Counted from the stretch's first letter, positions 1 through 12,569 are shown. The stretch is DNA of 64,000 nt from a virus (IMGVR_UViG_637000265_000001); one strand, 5' to 3'. Notes: a model not told the origin generated them from the sequence alone. A program made the numbers and translations.

Positions 1-129
1 TCGCTCGCCACGGGAATATCTGCGGCAGCGGGCTTGTAATGGGTTAAGTGATAACAGATGTCTGGAAATATAGGGGCAAATCCAGTATAAGCCATTATCA
101 AACCCACCCGTAGATAGGCTTTGTAATGG

Positions 130-648
130 CTACTTCTTCAGAAATGATTCGATGAATTCACGTCGAGGATGACGATAGTTCAGAATATCTTCTGGCATCC
201 TCATAAAGCGGTTGTTGCCGTCTTTGGCAGTAACAAAACAGCTGTGAACTCCGCAGACATCCGTTTTGATCGTGTCGCTATACTCAAAAAGCAACTGAGC
301 CATCTTCTCTTGCCATTCTGGAGGCATAGCCTCCATGAATACTCGCGGCATCACGCAGAACGACGCATGCGTAAGACCAAACCACAGTTGCAGGTCTTTA
401 CGATATTCTTCATCCATCGTCTTTACCTTTGTTGCAATAAAAAGCCCCGCGAATGCGAGGCTAAATCCTGGTGTTTGTGATGACTGGCTCTTATCTAAAC
501 GCAGCCCCTTACCGCGCGCCAAATGCTCAACTTTAAGCATCAGCAATGAGATGTTTAATCTGGATTCACTCCAGAAGTGATCACCACCCTGTCTACAGAG
601 CCAGATGTGAAGGATGATGAGTAAAATTATCTCTATCATCGAAGGCAT
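130..648 (-). CDS. Hypothetical protein downstream of Rz (late-region accessory ORF; true start probably internal)
   Basis: 172-codon ORF co-directional with lysis genes; no family recognised; N-terminal part overlaps Rz region so start uncertain. Confidence 0.35.
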   Translation of the reverse strand: MPSMIEIILLIILHIWLCRQGGDHFWSESRLNISLLMLKVEHLARGKGLRLDKSQSSQTPGFSLAFAGLFIATKVKTMDEEYRKDLQLWFGLTHASFCVMPRVFMEAMPPEWQEKMAQLLFEYSDTIKTDVCGVHSCFVTAKDGNNRFMRMPEDILNYRHPRREFIESFLKK

Positions 649-1103
649 TGCGTCCTGATATATTCCTGAAGCGTTCTCAGTGCTGTCTGGTCTCTGATGA
701 TTCCGTCCCGGATACCGAGAACGTTTCGTCCAGCAACTGGAGAGAGTTCGACGGTGGCATCATTGCCCATGCCGGAGGCGCTGGAGGTTTCGGCTGAGGA
801 TGGCACAGGGCATTTTCCTTTGACGAGCACCCGACCACCATTATCAAGCTTGCGCCGAAGAGCATCATTTTCAGCTTTCGCATCAGCTAACTCCTTCGTG
901 TATTTAGCATCGAGTGCATCAGCATCACGCTGGCGCTGCTGCATGTCAGTAATGGTTGCGTTCGCCAGCTTCAGTTCTCCGGCGTTTTTGTCGCGCTGCT
1001 CTTTGTAGGTAATGGCGTTATCACGGTAATGATTAACAGCCCATGACAGGCAGACGATGATGCAGATAACCAGAGCGGAGATAATCGCGGTGACTCTGCT
1101 CAT
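636..1103 (-). CDS. Rz: Rz i-spanin (inner-membrane spanin subunit)
   Basis: Translation [29 protein letters not shown]... matches lambda Rz N-terminus; start overlaps endolysin stop (ATGA). Confidence 0.85.
   Translation of the reverse strand: MSRVTAIISALVICIIVCLSWAVNHYRDNAITYKEQRDKNAGELKLANATITDMQQRQRDADALDAKYTKELADAKAENDALRRKLDNGGRVLVKGKCPVPSSAETSSASGMGNDATVELSPVAGRNVLGIRDGIIRDQTALRTLQEYIRTQCLR
677..883 (-). CDS. Rz1: Rz1 o-spanin lipoprotein embedded in Rz in another frame
   Basis: ORF inside Rz with signal peptide and lipobox (VVGC) followed by Pro-rich segment. Confidence 0.7.
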   Translation of the reverse strand: MRKLKMMLFGASLIMVVGCSSKENALCHPQPKPPAPPAWAMMPPSNSLQLLDETFSVSGTESSETRQH

Positions 1104-1633
1104 TGATCTATCTCCCAACAGGCTAATGCGCTTTCCTGGTCACGACGAATAACCTGTCCATAGCAGTTATTTGAACGTATGCGGCAATCGCGCCCAACAT
1201 CTTTTATCCACCAGCGAATCGCCTCGCATGCGCCCTTACGATCACCGGCATTCAGCCGCTTATAAAACGTCGACGGGAAACACTTACCGGGGCCAATGTT
1301 ATAGGGGCAAAATGACGCTATACCCGCTTTCTGGGGTTCGGTCAGAGGTACTTTAATATTGCGCTCCACCCATGCCAGCGCCTTATCACGTTCAATAGCG
1401 TTAACCTGGTCACATTTTTCCTTCGACAGCTTCATTCCCGGTATGACAGGCTTACCATCCACCATTGTGGCACCACGACAGATGGTCCATATGCCAGAAC
1501 CATCACGGTATGCCGTTGTGTGATTACCCTCTTTTTCGTTCAGAAACTGGTCAAGTATCTGGGGAGCAGACGCGCCTGCGGCAATCAGCGCCAGAACAGC
1601 AGCCGACAGGCCGTATTTGATTTTTGCGCTCAT
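1100..1633 (-). CDS. R: SAR-endolysin (T4-lysozyme-like, GH24)
   Basis: N-terminal hydrophobic signal-arrest-release segment ([19 protein letters not shown]) then E..D..T catalytic spacing (NEKEG...[15 protein letters not shown]). Confidence 0.9.
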   Translation of the reverse strand: MSAKIKYGLSAAVLALIAAGASAPQILDQFLNEKEGNHTTAYRDGSGIWTICRGATMVDGKPVIPGMKLSKEKCDQVNAIERDKALAWVERNIKVPLTEPQKAGIASFCPYNIGPGKCFPSTFYKRLNAGDRKGACEAIRWWIKDVGRDCRIRSNNCYGQVIRRDQESALACWEIDQ

Positions 1634-1698
1634 GGATATTTATCAGGATTTATCGGCAACAAATAACGAGCCAACTTATATACGCCTTTTAAGATAAG

Positions 1699-2286
1699 TC
1701 AGCCCCGGCTGGATCCAGTCATCAGGCTCTTTCTTAAAGGGGGAGTATTGAAATCACGAAGAAGAGCCTCCCGCACCGCAGCATCCATGTCTGCACCACT
1801 GGCAAGTGCTTCAATCTCTGCCGCCACCTGCAAATACCCCATGCAACGGCCAATGCGTTTCATAACTCTGGTGTTTTCGTCTTTCAGGCATCTGATAGCG
1901 AGATTAATAATTTTCAGGCAGTGATGATGCGATGCCCGGACAGGTTTTCCGTTCTCATAAACGACGAACTCACCCTCTTCACAGGAAACCCTGAAAGGCC
2001 GATGGGGTTCCTGGTCTTTATCCGGTGCAGACGCAATAAAATCACTTTTATGCTCTTCCTCTCCGGCACTGTTAACCGTAATGACGTACTCAGGCCGCAG
2101 GTAAGCCGCCTCTTTTTCTGACAATGCGGCCGGTAAAAACTTTTCCTGCAAAAACTTCATAAAAGTCTCGTGAGCGACTTTGTGGCAGTAATCGTAAATC
2201 GCCGCATAATGCTCATCGCGGCGTTTGTTTTCATCTTCAGAACTCACCAACGCCGACAAATTTTTTATTAAGCTCAGTGATTTCAT
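1699..2286 (-). CDS. Hypothetical Cys/His-rich protein inserted between holin and endolysin (moron candidate)
   Basis: 195-aa ORF co-directional with and wedged inside the lysis cassette; no family recognised. Confidence 0.5.
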   Translation of the reverse strand: MKSLSLIKNLSALVSSEDENKRRDEHYAAIYDYCHKVAHETFMKFLQEKFLPAALSEKEAAYLRPEYVITVNSAGEEEHKSDFIASAPDKDQEPHRPFRVSCEEGEFVVYENGKPVRASHHHCLKIINLAIRCLKDENTRVMKRIGRCMGYLQVAAEIEALASGADMDAAVREALLRDFNTPPLRKSLMTGSSRG

Positions 2287-2332
2287 TTTCCAGGTGATTG
2301 AATCGCTGATTCATTTCTTCATGCTTCATTAT

Positions 2333-2548
2333 TTACTCTCCCCGTGCAGCCTTACGCTTGTCTTCTCTTATTTTGAAATATAGATTCGTCAGATAAGTCA
2401 GAAGCCCCAGAAGCAGACTTCCCAGCACACCAATCGCAGCCCACTGTGATGGCCTGACCTGATCCAACCACTGCAAAAACCAGTAGCCGGCACTGCCGGC
2501 GGAGGTGCCGTAGGCAATGCCCGTTGAAATTTTGTCCATGGATTTCAT
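2333..2548 (-). CDS. S: Class II pinholin, phage-21 S21-like, dual-start MKSM
   Basis: 71-aa translation [30 protein letters not shown]... with two TM segments and charged C-terminus. Confidence 0.9.
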   Translation of the reverse strand: MKSMDKISTGIAYGTSAGSAGYWFLQWLDQVRPSQWAAIGVLGSLLLGLLTYLTNLYFKIREDKRKAARGE

Positions 2549-2603
2549 AGCCTCACCTCCGCAAATAACGGATGGCGTAGTTTTACACTGAGAAATGAAA
2601 GGG

Positions 2604-2633
2604 ATTTGAAAAGAAAAACCCGCAAAAGCGGGC
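2604..2633 (-). terminator. Rho-independent terminator upstream of holin (tR'-like)
   Basis: Minus-strand hairpin GCCCGC-tttt-GCGGG followed by T-run. Confidence 0.5.
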
Positions 2634-3302
2634 GAAACGATATATACAGTAAGGAAAGCACTCTATCCAACAAACCACCCACAGTTAATCGGAATAAAAG
2701 CAGAGTGCTTATGAATGATCGCCTGCCCGAAGGTTAGTATTTCTGCACAGCAATTTTGCAAAAAAAGCGATCATTCATAACTTAAACGTCTTTCAGTCAC
2801 TCCGGGATTTCCCATCATCGCAGACTGAAAGACTCTAACTGGAGCGGGCAGCGGGAATCGAGGTATCGAAGATAATCAGCCGCTAACCATTTGCTTCCTA
2901 AAGGATGATGAATCCTTGTGGTTACAGTTATGGTTACACATTAATTTATCTCTGGTCAAGTCCTCTCGTGACTCTGGAACGAGTAACCGAAGTCCTAACT
3001 TTAAGACAGTGGCCCCAATCGTCCAGACTTGAAAGGGGCCAAGGGGGGAGAGGCACCGACCTTTGTCTATTAGATACCTACAGAGATTTTTGTGAGATTT
3101 TTTTAATACAAGGTCATAACCTACCGCCACTAGCCCCCACCGACCGCAAAGTGAAGACCTGTAAGCACCAGAGCAATAGCTATTGCGGGCATACTGCTGA
3201 TTGTTATTATCTATCACTCCCTGTAGAGCATCTGGCAGACCAAGTGGACACAGAGGACGAGCTCAAACAACTCCTGTAAGCTCATGGATGTACTCCTTAT
3301 GT

Positions 3303-4442
3303 TCACTCAGGGTTTATAGTTACTCTGGGGGTAGTAAACCGAATAACATGTATCAACGGGAAAGAGGCGTCTTTCTCAACGTCAAACTCACCTGCTTTCA
3401 CCTTAACGGAACCAGTAGCCAACACATCGACCACACTGATTAACTCAAGGTCATACCCAGCAGTGTTACTATTTCGGGTCACTTTGACATCTACCGTCTT
3501 AGCGTCTTTAGTTGACCTGAAAGAGATAGAAGCGAACCGCTTAGGCAGGAGATAGATACCTGTATCATCGCCCGCATAGCTGCATACAGTGCAGCCCAAT
3601 AGCTCACTAATATCCTCATGACCTGCGCGTTGAGCGGCTCGGTCCAAGATTGCCTCAAGTCTCTCAGGGACCAATACAGCGTAATCGCTCAGTGTATTTC
3701 CCAACTCGACCGGAAGATTCAACGCTAATGTATCCAGAAGATCTTCAGCTTGATCAGACGGTTTACCACTTAGTGGGGCTGCCTCAATGATTTGAAGGTC
3801 TGGCGTATCTTTCAGGACATCGACCACAGCGGCGAACATCTGGCGGCAGTATTGAACCTGCATATCACCTACAGTCTGGATTAATGCCCCCTCGGTCCAA
3901 CCGCCCATCATATCGAAGTCAGATACATGAGTAGTAGCAGAACACAGGATGCCCGTCTTATTGGTCTCAGGGTTCAACACTGGGGTGACAGTTACGCTTG
4001 CCCCTTTGATGGCTGTGGTAGACGGAGCATCCTTAGCTGGATTAAACGCGCCATTATGCTTAAAGCGGACGGTGCGATTCTGGAGAGCCTGACGGCGAAT
4101 AGGCGTAGGGTCAGTGCCGTATGGGCGAAACTCACAAGGGAAGACATTCTCCATTACAGCAGTGCGGAAGTCTCCATCATTGAAGGTCTCATCCAAAGAG
4201 TCCTCCAGCGCCTGAACAAAATCATGTGAATCATTCCCGAAGGCCATCGGACGGCCTGAGCGGTCCGTAAAGCCTACGTTGAGAACTTGGGCGTCTTGAC
4301 CATTGGTCATCTGAACATAGTCAGTGCGTGAGATGTCAGTGCCCCATATAGACCCCTTAATGATTTGACCGTCTTTATCTCGCTGAGGCTGACGCAGAGA
4401 AGCCAGTGAGGATGCTTTGTTAATTTGATTTGTAATAGACAC
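3303..4442 (-). CDS. Hypothetical 379-aa protein of unknown family (capsid-like role is speculation only)
   Basis: Long ORF; likely GTG start at 4442 preceded by AAGGAG 9 nt upstream (ORF track extends to a TTG at 4520); no motif recognised. Confidence 0.5.
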   Translation of the reverse strand: MSITNQINKASSLASLRQPQRDKDGQIIKGSIWGTDISRTDYVQMTNGQDAQVLNVGFTDRSGRPMAFGNDSHDFVQALEDSLDETFNDGDFRTAVMENVFPCEFRPYGTDPTPIRRQALQNRTVRFKHNGAFNPAKDAPSTTAIKGASVTVTPVLNPETNKTGILCSATTHVSDFDMMGGWTEGALIQTVGDMQVQYCRQMFAAVVDVLKDTPDLQIIEAAPLSGKPSDQAEDLLDTLALNLPVELGNTLSDYAVLVPERLEAILDRAAQRAGHEDISELLGCTVCSYAGDDTGIYLLPKRFASISFRSTKDAKTVDVKVTRNSNTAGYDLELISVVDVLATGSVKVKAGEFDVEKDASFPLIHVIRFTTPRVTINPE

Positions 4443-4543
4443 GATGAATATCTCCTTATGGTATGAATGCACTACGTAAAAAGTAACTGGTGACACCATT
4501 GGTCTTATCTCAGAATCCAAGCAGCGCCACCGAAAGTTATCAG

Positions 4544-4954
4544 TTACAGCCCGAAAGCGGCCCCTTTATTGCCGAAGCGTTTAATCAATGCTTCCTCTCG
4601 GGCTTTACGTTCAGCGACCGCCTTAGCAATCTCTTCTGGTGTAGCATGAATAGCAGCCATACGTTCTTGATGTGCCTTAGCTTCTTTACGTCGGCGTTCA
4701 GCCTCTTGGCGCTCCTGTGCGTTGCTTTGAGCCCACCAGCGGGAATACTTGCCGTAATCACCTGCATCAAGACCAGCGGCGTGAATATCGTTAAGAATAC
4801 GATTTGAGTTCGCCATGTCAGAGCCTGTACTGTTCAGCATGGTTGTAACGACAATTTCGGTGAAATACTTAGTGGATAGCTCCTGACCGAATACCAGTAC
4901 AGTTTCTTTGTCAGCGCTCAGTGCGATATCCAGTTTGCGATAAGAAATAGACAT
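4544..4954 (-). CDS. Hypothetical protein with highly charged Lys/Arg/Glu-rich C-terminus
   Basis: ATG at 4954 with AAGGAG 8 nt upstream; immediately upstream of the 379-aa ORF. Confidence 0.5.
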   Translation of the reverse strand: MSISYRKLDIALSADKETVLVFGQELSTKYFTEIVVTTMLNSTGSDMANSNRILNDIHAAGLDAGDYGKYSRWWAQSNAQERQEAERRRKEAKAHQERMAAIHATPEEIAKAVAERKAREEALIKRFGNKGAAFGL

Positions 4955-5081
4955 GTTTGTTTCTCCTTTGAAAAGATGTTTTAAAAGGATTAAACTCATC
5001 GGTCTTCCATAGGTATTCCTACGGCGTCTCCCCGTATCTTGGTCAGTTCAAAAGGTGGTGCTAGCTGTGCTAGTGGGTTAA

Positions 5082-5276
5082 TTACATGAAATCTCTTGGG
5101 GTCAGCCCTGCGTCAACCGCCATGAGACAGAGGGCAGCTTTAGAGTAATACGGGCGGTTTTCCTTGGCAGGCAGACCCAGAGTAGCTATCAGTGCCTTGG
5201 TGGGTACCACCATCAGGCGTAACGCCTTACGGCCTTCTGGTGTCCTTGGGTCAATCTTGATTGTGTTATTAGTCAT
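5082..5276 (-). CDS. Hypothetical small protein
   Basis: 64-codon ORF co-directional with neighbours. Confidence 0.35.
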   Translation of the reverse strand: MTNNTIKIDPRTPEGRKALRLMVVPTKALIATLGLPAKENRPYYSKAALCLMAVDAGLTPRDFM

Positions 5277-5279
5277 GAA

Positions 5280-5614
5280 TTACCTCCCCTCCAGCTTTGC
5301 TACTGCCTGTATGTGTTGCTGTTTAGCAGCGTCGCTTCCATGAACCGCTATGACCTTTCTGTGCATCTTGAGTACGTTTTCAGGTCGGCTGAAGAACTCC
5401 AGCCCCTTAGCGTTAAACCGAATGTTTATACCGTTTGGGTTGAATCGATGGTCAGTAGGTTTGATAATTCGAAAGTACTCCACATAGTTTGGATTGACTG
5501 ACCACTCGCCACTGAAAGGATGTACTCGGAACAGCTTGCGCTCTTTCTTAAGGATGGTCATCAGTTTCTGAGCGGGTAGACCATTGGCCTTGCAGTAATC
5601 GCCCCAAGTCACGC
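5280..5614 (-). CDS. Hypothetical protein abutting IS911 (possibly 5'-truncated; alternative intact start at 5561)
   Basis: ORF reads through into the IS911 left end; native portion 111 codons. Confidence 0.4.
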
Positions 5615-5686
5615 TGAAGTGGCACACTGAATTTGGCCACCTGAACAGAGGTGATATGCTCACCTCAGAACAACACAGGTGCTCCA

Positions 5687-6856
<1,170 letters not shown>

Positions 6857-6864
6857 CCACTTCA

Positions 6865-7914
6865 GCCACTTCACCTTTCTTTCCGAACCTTGTTGATCAC
6901 CTTCTGGTTAAGCATCACACGGCTGATGGCGTTGAAGATGGCATTTCAATCTGCTACTTCAAGCCATACTCGCAAGGCCGTGCTCGCTGGCAGGGTGACA
7001 CAATCCACGGCGTGTGGTTTGACGAAGAGCCACCATACAGCATTTATGGCGAAGGTCTTACCCGTACCAACAAATACGGGCAATTCTCAATTCTGACGTT
7101 TACCCCGCTGATGGGGATGTCTGACGTTGTTACCAAGTTCCTGAAGAACCCCAGCAAGTCGCAGAAAGTGGTCAACATGACCATCTATGACGCTGAGCAC
7201 TATACCGACGAGCAGAAAGAGCAAATCATCGCATCATATCCCGAGCATGAGAGAGAGGCGCGTGCTCGCGGTATTCCTACGATGGGTAGTGGTCGAATCT
7301 TCCAGATACCGGAAGAGACGATTAAGTGTCAGCCGTTCGAGTGTCCTGATCACTTCTACGTAATTGGCGGGATGGATTTCGGATGGGATCACCCACAGGC
7401 GCAAGTTCAGCTTTGGTGGGATAAGGAGGCAGACACAATCTACGTTTCACGCGTGTGGAAGGCGAAAGAAAAAACAGCCGTTCAGGCGTGGGGAGCCGTT
7501 AAATCATGGGCGCATAAAGTGCCAACCGCATGGCCTCATGATGGAAACCAGCACGAGAAGGGCGGCGGTGAGCAGCTCAAAGGGCAGTATGCAGACGCTG
7601 GATTTATGATGTTGCAGGAGCATGCGACATGGCCTGATGGCGGTAACGCTGTTGAGCCAGGCATCACTGAATTGCGCGACATGATGCTCGATGGTCGCTT
7701 CAAAGTATTCAATACCTGTGAGCCATTCTTTGAGGAGTTCCGCCTCTATCACCGTGATGAAAACGGGAAAATCGTCAAGCTTAACGACGACGTGCTATCC
7801 GCCGTTCGCTATGCATACATGATGCGCCGCTTCGCAAAAATGATGCGCGACATCAAAAAACCAAAAGAGAAAAAGATACCAGCCCCAATCAGGCCCATCG
7901 CACGGAGAACTTAA
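6865..7914 (+). pseudogene. Terminase large subunit (P22 gp2-like), 3' fragment truncated by IS911
   Basis: Reading frame open from IS911 boundary; nuclease-domain-like C-terminal region; immediately upstream of portal. Confidence 0.8.
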
Positions 7915-10080
7915 ATGGCCGACGAAAACAGACTCAATTCCATTCTGTGTAAGTTTGACGCAGACTGGATGGCGAGCGATGAAGCCAGAACCGAGGCGAC
8001 AAATGACCTGTATTTTAGCCGAGTGTCGCAATGGGATGACTGGCTATCAAACTACACTACCCTGCAATATCGCGGACAATTCGATGTTGTTCGCCCGGAG
8101 GTCAGGAAACTGGTCGCAGAGATGCGCCGGAACCCTGTCGACGTTCTCTTCCGACCCAAAGACGGCGCTAATCCTGATGCAGCCGATGTATTGATGGGGA
8201 TGTATCGTACTGATATGCGCCATAACACGGCAAAGATTGCCGTTAACGTTGGCGTTCGTGAGCAGATAGAGTCAGGCGTTGGTGCATGGCGTCTGGTCAC
8301 GCAGTACGAAGACAACGATCCAACAAGCAACAATCAGGTAATCCGACGCCTGCCAATCCATGAAGCCTGCTCACACGTCATATGGGACGCCAACAGCAAG
8401 CAGATGGATAAGAGCGACGCTAAGCACTGCACGGTGATTAACGCCTTGTCGCGCAATGGCTGGAAAGAGTTCGCAGAGGATTACGGTATTGACCCGGATA
8501 CCCTGCCATCTTTCCAGAATCCTAACGATACATGGCTATTCCCGTGGGTGTCGAATGATGTCGTCTACGTCGCTGAGTATTACGAGGTAGAAGAGGAGAA
8601 GGAGAAGGTCTTCATCTACCGCGACCCGCTGACAGGTGAGCCGGTCAGCTATTACCAGCAGGATATCAAAGACGTCATCGACGACCTGGCTAATCGTGGA
8701 TTCATTAAGGTAGCAGAGCGCAAGGTGAAGCGTCGGCGTGTGTATAAGTCGATCATCACCTGTACGCAGATACTGAAAGACCGCGAGAAGATAGCCGGAG
8801 AGCATATTCCAATCGTTCCAGTGTATGGCGAATGGTCATTCGCTGGTGACAAGGAGTGCTACGAGGGTGTGGTAAGGCTGACGAAAGACGGTCAACGCCT
8901 TCGTAACATGATTATGTCGTTCAACGCCGATATTGTTGCTCGGTCACCGAAGAAGAAACCGACCTTCTTCCCTGAGCAAATCGAAGGCTACGAATACATG
9001 TACGGCGGAAATGATGACTATCCGTACTATCTGCAGAACAGGACCGATGAAAACGGTAACGACCTGCCGATTGGTCCAATCTCCTACATGGAAAACCCTG
9101 AAGTGCCGCAAGCCAACGCTTACATGCTTGAGGCTGCCACCAACGCAGTGAAAGAAGTGGCTAGTCTTGGCGTGGATGCGCAGGCGGCAAATGGTCAGGT
9201 CGCTTTTGATACCGTCAATCAACTGAACATGCGGGCAGACCTTGAGACATACGTGTTTCAGGATAACCTGGCTACCGCAATGCGACGTGATGGCGAGATT
9301 TATGCCTCAATGGTCAACGATATTTATGACGTTCCTCGTCATGTAACGCTGACACTTGAAGATGGAAGCGAGAAAGACGTTCAACTCTATGCGCAAGTTG
9401 TCGATTACCAGTCCGGCAATGTGGTCACACTCAACGACATTCGCGGTCGATATGAGTGCTATACAGACGTTGGGCCATCCTTCCAGAGTATGAAGGAACA
9501 GAACCGCGCAGAGATTCAGGAGTTGCTCACCAAGGTTCCGCAAGGTACTCCAGAGTTCCAGATGCTGATGCTGCAATACTTCACGCTGCTTGACGGTAAA
9601 GGCGTCGAGATGATGCGAGAGTACGCGAACAAGCAACTGGTGATGATGGGGCTGAAGAAACCAGAAACACCTGAAGAGATGGAGATGGTGCAGCAGGCAC
9701 AACAACAGCCGCAGCAGCCATCAGCAGAGCAAATTCAGGCGCAGGGTATCCTTCTGCAAGGTCAGGCTGAATTGCTCAAGGCAGAGAACCAACAGGCGCA
9801 GATTCAGGTTGAAGCTGCCAAGGTTGAAGCCCAAAACCAACTCAACGCCGCGAAGATTGCAGAAATATTCAACAATATGGACCTCGACAAGCAGGCAGAA
9901 CTGCGTGAGTACCTCAGGCTCGTAGGTCAATTCCAGCAACAGCGCAGCAAAGATGCTCGTGCTAACGCTGAGCTGCTTCTTAAAGATGCAGACCAGACTC
10001 ATTCACAACGCATGGATTTCGCGAATCTTATGCGTCAAGTTCAAATCCCCTCCGGCGGAGTAGCCGAGACACCTCAATAA
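7915..10080 (+). CDS. Portal protein (P22 gp1-like)
   Basis: 721 aa; translation [43 protein letters not shown]... closely matches P22 portal as recalled. Confidence 0.95.
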   Translation: MADENRLNSILCKFDADWMASDEARTEATNDLYFSRVSQWDDWLSNYTTLQYRGQFDVVRPEVRKLVAEMRRNPVDVLFRPKDGANPDAADVLMGMYRTDMRHNTAKIAVNVGVREQIESGVGAWRLVTQYEDNDPTSNNQVIRRLPIHEACSHVIWDANSKQMDKSDAKHCTVINALSRNGWKEFAEDYGIDPDTLPSFQNPNDTWLFPWVSNDVVYVAEYYEVEEEKEKVFIYRDPLTGEPVSYYQQDIKDVIDDLANRGFIKVAERKVKRRRVYKSIITCTQILKDREKIAGEHIPIVPVYGEWSFAGDKECYEGVVRLTKDGQRLRNMIMSFNADIVARSPKKKPTFFPEQIEGYEYMYGGNDDYPYYLQNRTDENGNDLPIGPISYMENPEVPQANAYMLEAATNAVKEVASLGVDAQAANGQVAFDTVNQLNMRADLETYVFQDNLATAMRRDGEIYASMVNDIYDVPRHVTLTLEDGSEKDVQLYAQVVDYQSGNVVTLNDIRGRYECYTDVGPSFQSMKEQNRAEIQELLTKVPQGTPEFQMLMLQYFTLLDGKGVEMMREYANKQLVMMGLKKPETPEEMEMVQQAQQQPQQPSAEQIQAQGILLQGQAELLKAENQQAQIQVEAAKVEAQNQLNAAKIAEIFNNMDLDKQAELREYLRLVGQFQQQRSKDARANAELLLKDADQTHSQRMDFANLMRQVQIPSGGVAETPQ

Positions 10081-10093
10081 GAGAGAGTTAATC

Positions 10094-11005
10094 ATGGACC
10101 AAACCACCGACATTCAGGCTTCTGAAGAATTAACCCTGCCCGGCAATCATGCAGCGGCATCTGCTGATGGCTTAGTTGTCGATAATGCCAACGACAGCGC
10201 AGGTCAGGAAGAAGGCTTTGAGATTGTCCTGAAAGACGATGAGAAACCAAAACAAGACCCGGCAACTAATGCTGAATTTGCCCGTCGCCGCATCGAACGC
10301 AAACGCCAGCGTGAGCTTGAGCAGCAGATGGAAGCGGTTAAGCGTGGAGAGTTGCCGGAGCACCTGCGGGTGAACCCTGAGTTACCAAAACAACCAGACC
10401 CTAACGATTATCTTTCCGAAGATGCACTGGCTAAGTACGACTATGACCAGAGCCGCGCACTGGCTGCCTTCCAGCAGGCAAACAGTGAATGGCAGATCAA
10501 GGCTATGGACGCACGAAGCCAGGCTGTCGCCGAGCAGGGTCGCAAAACTCAGGAGTTCACCCAGCAATCAGCGCAATACGTCGAGGCGGCCCGTAAGCAC
10601 TACGACGCAGCGGAAAAGCTCAATATCCCTGACTATCAGGAGAAAGAGGATGCATTCATGCAACTGGTGCCGCCAGCAGTCGGTGCCGACATCATGCGCC
10701 TCTTCCCGGAGAAATCCGCCGCTCTCATGTATCACCTTGGTGCTAATCCTGAGAAAACACGCCAGTTGCTGGCGATGGACGGGCAATCCGCGCTGATTGA
10801 ACTCACTCGACTGTCAGAACGTTTAACTCTCAAGCCTCGAGCCAAGCCTGTTTCAGAAGCCCCGTTACCTGATGAACCCATTCAGGGACATGCTGTTGCT
10901 GCAAATATCTCTGCGATTGAAAAGCAGATGGAGGCGGCAGCAAACAAAGGGGATGTAGAGACGTACCGCAAGCTCAAGGCGCAACTGAATAAAGGAATTC
11001 GATAA
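10094..11005 (+). CDS. Scaffolding protein (P22 gp8-like)
   Basis: 303 aa, acidic, helical; position between portal and coat. Confidence 0.9.
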   Translation: MDQTTDIQASEELTLPGNHAAASADGLVVDNANDSAGQEEGFEIVLKDDEKPKQDPATNAEFARRRIERKRQRELEQQMEAVKRGELPEHLRVNPELPKQPDPNDYLSEDALAKYDYDQSRALAAFQQANSEWQIKAMDARSQAVAEQGRKTQEFTQQSAQYVEAARKHYDAAEKLNIPDYQEKEDAFMQLVPPAVGADIMRLFPEKSAALMYHLGANPEKTRQLLAMDGQSALIELTRLSERLTLKPRAKPVSEAPLPDEPIQGHAVAANISAIEKQMEAAANKGDVETYRKLKAQLNKGIR

Positions 11006-12300
11006 TGGCATTAAATGAAGGTCAACTGGTCACGTATGCTCTGGATGAAATCATCGAAACCGTCCAGAACCTGACGCCAATGGCGTCAAAAGTGACAAAA
11101 TACACCCCTCCGGCAGAATCCATGCAGCGTTCAAGCAACACCGTGTGGATGCCTGTTGAGCAGGAAGCGCCAACCCAGACTGGCTGGGATTTAACTGGCA
11201 ACGCAACCGGGATTCTGGAACTCTCCGTGAAGTGCAACATGGGCGATCCGGATAACGATTTCTTCGAGCTTCGTGCAGATGACCTGCGTGATGAGCGTTC
11301 TTACCGTCGCCGCATCCAGGCATCCGCCAAAAAACTGGCGAATAACATTGAGTCAGCGATTGCCAAACAGGCAACTGAAATGGGCTCGCTTGTTGTTCAC
11401 GATACCCGCGCAATTGGTCCATCGACTGGCCTGCCTGGCTGGGATTTTGTGTCTGATGCAGAGCGACTGATGTTCTCCCGTGAGCTAAACCGCGACATGG
11501 GCATCAGTTACTTCCTGAACCCTGACGATTACCGCAAAGCAGGCCGCAACCTGGTAGATGGTGACATCTTCGGGCGCGTTCCTGAAGAAGCATATCGAAA
11601 CGGTACTATTCAGCGTCAGATTGCTGGCTTTGATGAAATTCTTCGCTCACCGAAACTTCCGGCAGTTACCAAGTCAACCGCGACTGGTGTAACTGTTTCT
11701 GGTGCGCAGAAGTTTAAGCCGCAGGCATACACCCTTGATACCGATGGTAACAAAGAGAACGTCGACAACCGTGTTGCAACGGTGACCGTATCCTCCACCA
11801 CCGGATTTAAGCGCGGCGACAAAATCAGCTTCACTGGTGTGAAGTTCCTGTCTCAGATGGCGAAGAATGTGCTGACTGATGACGCGACTTTCTCAATCAC
11901 CCGTGTGATCGATGGTACTCACATCGAAATCACGCCGAAGCCGATTGCGCTGGATGACGCGTCACTGACAAAAGAAGAGAAGGCTTACGCTAACGTAAAC
12001 ACCTCTCTTGCTGATACCACTCCGGTAAACGTTCTGAACGTGGCAACAACCACCGCTAACGTGTTCTGGGCTGATGACTCAATCCGCCTGCTGTCTCAGC
12101 CGATCCCGGTAACCCATGAACTGTTTGCTGGCATGAAAACGTCTTCCTTCAGCATTCCAGGTATTGGTGTTAACGGCATCTTCGCAACGCAGGGTGATAT
12201 CAACACTCTGTCTGGTAAGTGCCGTATTGCTGTGTGGTATTCAGCATGTGCTGTACGACCAGAGGCAATTGGTGTTGGTCTGCCTAACCAGACCGCGTGA
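11005..12300 (+). CDS. Coat protein (P22 gp5-like)
   Basis: 431 aa; [27 protein letters not shown]... matches P22 coat as recalled. Confidence 0.95.
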   Translation: MALNEGQLVTYALDEIIETVQNLTPMASKVTKYTPPAESMQRSSNTVWMPVEQEAPTQTGWDLTGNATGILELSVKCNMGDPDNDFFELRADDLRDERSYRRRIQASAKKLANNIESAIAKQATEMGSLVVHDTRAIGPSTGLPGWDFVSDAERLMFSRELNRDMGISYFLNPDDYRKAGRNLVDGDIFGRVPEEAYRNGTIQRQIAGFDEILRSPKLPAVTKSTATGVTVSGAQKFKPQAYTLDTDGNKENVDNRVATVTVSSTTGFKRGDKISFTGVKFLSQMAKNVLTDDATFSITRVIDGTHIEITPKPIALDDASLTKEEKAYANVNTSLADTTPVNVLNVATTTANVFWADDSIRLLSQPIPVTHELFAGMKTSSFSIPGIGVNGIFATQGDINTLSGKCRIAVWYSACAVRPEAIGVGLPNQTA

Positions 12301-12308
12301 TAACCAGA

Positions 12309-12331
12309 GGGAGCTTCGGCTCCCGTTTTTA
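12309..12331 (+). terminator. Hairpin terminator after coat gene
   Basis: GGGAGC-ttcg-GCTCCC followed by GTTTTTA. Confidence 0.45.
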
Positions 12332-12344
12332 TCTGGAGACAAGC

Positions 12345-12569
12345 ATGACACACATGATCTTTCGTCATGGCGACATGAAGAAGTGGAAAGGCGTTGGCTA
12401 CGACTTTGAAATCGTGAAAGCCGAAGAGCTTCAGGAATATCTGGATGCTGGCTGGTTTTCACATCCTGATGACCTTTTGAAGGATGTTGCAGAGCCAGAA
12501 GAAAAACAGCGTAAAAAGCCTGGTCGAAAACCTAAGGCGGCAGCAGATGAACCTGACAACGAAGGGTGA
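12345..12569 (+). CDS. Small hypothetical protein between coat and gp4 genes
   Basis: ATG at 12345 with GGAGA upstream; 74 codons. Confidence 0.45.
   Translation: MTHMIFRHGDMKKWKGVGYDFEIVKAEELQEYLDAGWFSHPDDLLKDVAEPEEKQRKKPGRKPKAAADEPDNEG

Larger units (their letters stand above)
1..5614 (-). mobile_element. Lambdoid prophage remnant: phage-21-type lysis cassette plus unassigned upstream gene block, distal end cut by IS911
   Basis: Co-directional minus-strand ORFs with recognisable holin, endolysin and spanin translations; abrupt junction with IS911 at 5615. Confidence 0.7.

Noticed and set aside
2876..3279. ORFs 2876-3217 (minus) and 2905-3279 (plus) in the leader region
   Set aside because: Mutually overlapping on opposite strands, low-complexity translations, no start context; most likely spurious in a regulatory region.
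3303..4442. YAGDD in the 379-aa protein as a reverse-transcriptase motif
   Set aside because: The motif is not a true YxDD (extra residue) and no other RT motifs are present; retron or RT assignment not supported.
8052..9705. Antisense ORFs inside the portal gene (for example 8052-8333, 8536-8805, 9307-9705)
   Set aside because: Lie entirely within and opposite a well-supported long coding sequence; typical shadow ORFs.
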